Shown here one piece after another: positions 60,832 to 64,000 of a DNA stretch of 64,000 nt. Made by a program: the position numbers and the translations under genes. The stretch covers positions 480,001 through 544,000 of the forward strand of contig CBDCTA010000029.1 in assembly GCA_965221955.1 (NCBI GenBank). The letters are read 5' to 3'. The notes under the pieces are model-generated. The model saw nothing but the letters and a program-made list of their open reading frames with translations. It ran no database searches and was not told where the DNA came from. Position 1 is the first letter of the stretch. Each line of letters starts with the position of its first letter. The DNA is from Gammaproteobacteria bacterium. Its GTDB lineage: Bacteria > Pseudomonadota > Gammaproteobacteria > UBA4575.

Positions 60832-61614
60832 TTAATTCTTTCGTGATACCGTGAACTCAATACGTCGGTTCAGGGCTCGCCCTTCGGCTGAATCATTAGC
60901 AGCAATCGGTGAAGATTCGCCAAATCCTGTGGCAGTGAGCCGTTCACTTTGAATGCCATTACTACTTAAGTAATTTAATACTGATTGTGCTCGCTGCTGA
61001 CTTAGCAGCAGGTTTAACTCATCATCACCAACACTGTCCGTGTGTCCTTCTATCGCGACATTAAATTCAAGATGCTTACTTAGCACGCTGACCACATCAT
61101 CGAGAACTTGTTGACCTTTTGGAGTGATCTCATTGCTATCAAATAAAAAAGTAATGCCCGAGAGATCTAAGGTTTGTAGTAATTCTTCTACAACTTCTTC
61201 TTTCACTGTTTCAATTTCTGGTTCTGATTCTGGTTCAAATTCAGGAAGCGGTTCTACTTTGGGCGTCATAATAATTTTCGGTTCTGCTGGTACTTGTTCA
61301 ACCTTAGTCACCACAAGTTGATTGGACACTACTCGAATGCCCGACATGCTTGCAATAATTTGTTCAATTTCATCGGAACGATTCTGGCTAGTAACCATGC
61401 CGGTTAACGTGGCATCACGTCCATCCATATTAACGATTACATTTCCAATTTGTTTGTCTTTTAATAGCTGATTACTTTTTAAGCTTAGATCGTTTTGAAT
61501 ATATTCAGCTTTGCTGTCTTTAGTAAACCAATACAAAGTGGGGAAGCCAACCAAGACAAGAATGAGAGAAAGTAATATGCAAAGGGTACAATTATTTGTA
61601 CGTTGATCAGTCAT
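60832..61614 (-). CDS. BON + OmpA-domain membrane protein (ArfA-like)
   Basis: TM, DGRDATLTG...GIRVVSNQL, EGHTDSVG...LSQQRA...NRRIEF. Confidence 0.9.
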   Translation of the reverse strand: MTDQRTNNCTLCILLSLILVLVGFPTLYWFTKDSKAEYIQNDLSLKSNQLLKDKQIGNVIVNMDGRDATLTGMVTSQNRSDEIEQIIASMSGIRVVSNQLVVTKVEQVPAEPKIIMTPKVEPLPEFEPESEPEIETVKEEVVEELLQTLDLSGITFLFDSNEITPKGQQVLDDVVSVLSKHLEFNVAIEGHTDSVGDDELNLLLSQQRAQSVLNYLSSNGIQSERLTATGFGESSPIAANDSAEGRALNRRIEFTVSRKN

Positions 61615-61813
61615 GGTTACTATCTGTTTTTTATCGTTTTATAGACAGAGAAACTGGCATTTCTCGACTCAAGGTAAGTATTGCTTGAACATCAAAAATT
61701 CGCAAACAAATTTGCCAGAATTAAACGAATATTTTTAATAGAAATATAAGCACATAAAGCATTATCCCTATAAAACTAAGGGGAATATTCTTGATATGTA
61801 AAGGTGAGTGCCT

Positions 61814-62269
61814 TTATCTAAATTCTTCAGGAATACTTTCGTTAAGTTTTTTAATCAAGCTAACAAACTGCTTGTTTTCAGAACCAGTAAAGTCTGAAAA
61901 CATTTTTTTATATGCTTGGTCCATCATCTCTATGCCGTGTTGAGCAACTTTTTCACCCATTGAAGTGAGTTTGATATCTACGACTCTACGGTCCAATTGG
62001 TTGTGTGAACGTTCAATACAGCCGCGATCTTCTAGCTGATCCAAGTAACGACTCACCGTAGCACGTTCAATCATTAGCTCATCAGCAAGTTTGGCCGGTG
62101 TGTAAATGGATTTGGAGGAAATTGCATGAATGAGACGCCATTGATTAAATTTTAAGCCATAATTGTTGAGCTCTTTGTTGAGAATTTTGCGCGCGAATGA
62201 ATTCAGCTTATCGGCAAATGAGATCATCATTGGCAAAGCGGAATTATGATGACTAGTATCTTCACTCAT
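61814..62269 (-). CDS. MarR-family transcriptional regulator
   Basis: TVSRYLDQLEDRG, DRRVVDIKLT..G. Confidence 0.92.
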   Translation of the reverse strand: MSEDTSHHNSALPMMISFADKLNSFARKILNKELNNYGLKFNQWRLIHAISSKSIYTPAKLADELMIERATVSRYLDQLEDRGCIERSHNQLDRRVVDIKLTSMGEKVAQHGIEMMDQAYKKMFSDFTGSENKQFVSLIKKLNESIPEEFR

Positions 62270-62468
62270 GGCTGCGTGTATTAATGAATTTGAATCAGTA
62301 ACTTATTATTAGCTTATTCTCGGTTCTAAGGCACTTATTTAACGGTTAAAATTACGATTGTTCACAGTTTTAGTTCTCTACAATTTACGTTTGTTAACTA
62401 TCAGTTAGAAATTTGTTGATGAATTAGATGTCGACAAAGTTTAATGATAGGGGGTCGTAGTTTAAAGA

Positions 62469-62545
62469 TGGCGCCCCGAGTAGGAGTCGAACCTACGACC
62501 TCTCCCTTAGGAGGGGAGCGCTCTATCCAGCTGAGCTATCGGGGC
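62469..62545 (-). tRNA. tRNA-Arg(CCT)
   Basis: GCCCCGATAGCTCAGCTGGATAGAGC-GCTCCC-CTCCTAA-GGGAG...GGTTCGACTCC...GGGGCGCCA. Confidence 0.97.
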
Positions 62546-62775
62546 AAGTCACATCCGCCGATCTTAGAGGAATGAAATAGTAACATGTGACCGACTATTT
62601 GTAGTTTGGTAAGAAATTAAGAAGAGTCGCTTCGCGACGATTAAATTTGTGTGGAATACCCTCACGCAAGAGATCATTTAAAGCTACAGATTTATGCTAT
62701 TCACAGATAGTATGTATTTTTATTTGTGTGCCTAGCGGGACAGCTTGATTTGCGAGTAATACCCACTCGCAAGTG

Positions 62776-62862
62776 TGGTGCCGAGGGAGAGAATCGAACT
62801 CTCACTATGTTTCCATAACCGGATTTTGAATCCGGCGCGTCTACCAGTTCCGCCACCCCGGC
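62776..62862 (-). tRNA. tRNA-Leu(CAA)
   Basis: GCCGGGGTGGCGGAACTGGTAGACGCG-CCGGA-TTCAAAA-TCCGG, long variable arm, GTTCGATTC, CCA end. Confidence 0.97.
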
Positions 62863-62949
62863 AAAGTCTGTGCGAAATCGATGTCTAGTGTAGCGCAAAT
62901 TGCTAAGCTAGCAACAACCTGCCAATAAAAATAAAACAATACTAAATAC

Positions 62950-63990
62950 ATGCGTCTCGATCAGTTCGATTATCATCTTCCTGAAAACCTAATTGCCCAA
63001 AAGCCATTGCAAGAGCGTAGCGCAAGTCGTTTGCTGTATTTTGGCGCACATTCAGAATTATTCGAAGATTTAAAGTTTATGGATTTGCTGCGCTTGGTAA
63101 ATCCTGGTGATTTATTGGTGTTGAATAACACCCAAGTCATTCCAGCACGTCTATATGGGCAAAAAGCTACGGGAGGTAAGGTCGAGTTTTTATTAGAAAG
63201 AGTATTGGATACTTACACGGTTTTAGCTCAACTCAAAGCTAGCAAAAGCCCAGGACAAGGAACAGAATTGTATTTCGATGATCAGGTAAAAGCAGTAGTA
63301 GAGGGTCGGCAAGGAGATTTTTTCGTTCTGCGATTTGCTCAAGACGTAAATGTGGAAAGCGTATTGACGAAGTATGGGCAAATGCCTTTACCACCCTATA
63401 TTCAACGTGCACCAGAAAAAAATGATACTGATCGATATCAAACCGTTTATGCTAAGCATAAAGGTGCAGTAGCCGCACCGACTGCTGGATTACATTTTGA
63501 TGATGAGCTATTAGATTCATTACAAGCAAAGGGTATAGAACTTTCGCATATCACTCTGCATGTTGGTGCGGGTACGTTCCAACCAGTGCGCGAGTCAAAT
63601 ATATTGCAACACAAGATACATGCTGAAAAAGTTATCGTATCGAAACAAGTATGTGAAAAAATTAAAATATGTAAAGAGCGAAACGGTCGCGTGATTGCGG
63701 TAGGCACCACAAGTGTAAGAGCATTAGAATCTGCCGCACAATCAGGAAATTTAGAAGCCTATGAAGGGGATACAAATCTATTTATTTATCCGGGCTTTGA
63801 ATTTAAAGTCATCGATGCATTGATCACTAATTTTCATTTGCCTAAATCTACATTGCTGATGTTAGTCAGTGCATTTGCAGGTTACGAAACCACTATGTCT
63901 GCGTATCGACATGCCGTTGCACAACAATATCGTTTCTACAGTTATGGCGATGCCATGTTTATTGATGGATTTATTGAGAATAAAAAATAA
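62950..63990 (+). CDS. queA: S-adenosylmethionine:tRNA ribosyltransferase-isomerase
   Basis: PLPPYI, AAPTAGLHF, TLHVGAGTF, TNFHLPKS, YSYGDAM. Confidence 0.99.
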   Translation: MRLDQFDYHLPENLIAQKPLQERSASRLLYFGAHSELFEDLKFMDLLRLVNPGDLLVLNNTQVIPARLYGQKATGGKVEFLLERVLDTYTVLAQLKASKSPGQGTELYFDDQVKAVVEGRQGDFFVLRFAQDVNVESVLTKYGQMPLPPYIQRAPEKNDTDRYQTVYAKHKGAVAAPTAGLHFDDELLDSLQAKGIELSHITLHVGAGTFQPVRESNILQHKIHAEKVIVSKQVCEKIKICKERNGRVIAVGTTSVRALESAAQSGNLEAYEGDTNLFIYPGFEFKVIDALITNFHLPKSTLLMLVSAFAGYETTMSAYRHAVAQQYRFYSYGDAMFIDGFIENKK

Positions 63991-64000
63991 GTCATATGGA

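Noticed and set aside
58900-62470. Genomic island integrated at tRNA-Arg or tRNA-Leu
   Set aside because: No integrase and no duplicated tRNA 3' end seen downstream
62701-62898. 65-aa minus-strand ORF
   Set aside because: Overlaps tRNA-Leu; spurious translation

Overview
Core chromosome of an AT-rich, non-enterobacterial gammaproteobacterium. Conserved blocks: ypjD/ffh-rpsP-rimM-trmD-rplS, htpG, pcnB-folK-dNK-panBC, pgi, queG/nnr-tsaE-amiB...mutL-miaA-hfq-hflXKC-hisZ-purA, rnr-rlmB, rpsF-rpsR-rplI-dnaB-alr, ispG, two tRNAs and queA. I see no transposase, integrase, prophage, CRISPR array or rRNA. The most notable non-routine signals are: (1) four directly oriented ~30-bp palindromes (consensus AATGTCCGCT-N10-AGCGGACATT) bracketing co-oriented accessory gene pairs between amiB and sohB, like a gene-cassette array that lacks attC sites and a local recombinase; (2) an unannotated ~38-aa Arg-pair module in three proteins, two of them fused to FHA domains, plus a 56-aa partial paralog missed by the ORF track; (3) five co-oriented 125-150-bp RPE/MITE-like palindromic elements with covarying stems, each ending 4-11 nt before a start codon; (4) duplicated gene-end stubs at the ffh 3' end and the ycgN and GATase 5' ends; (5) CRP-like boxes before a class II cAMP phosphodiesterase, one Arg-module gene and an OmpA/GGDEF-EAL operon. 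Two probable single-base homopolymer indels (rpsP, GATase) suggest residual assembly errors. All calls were made by eye; no searches were run.
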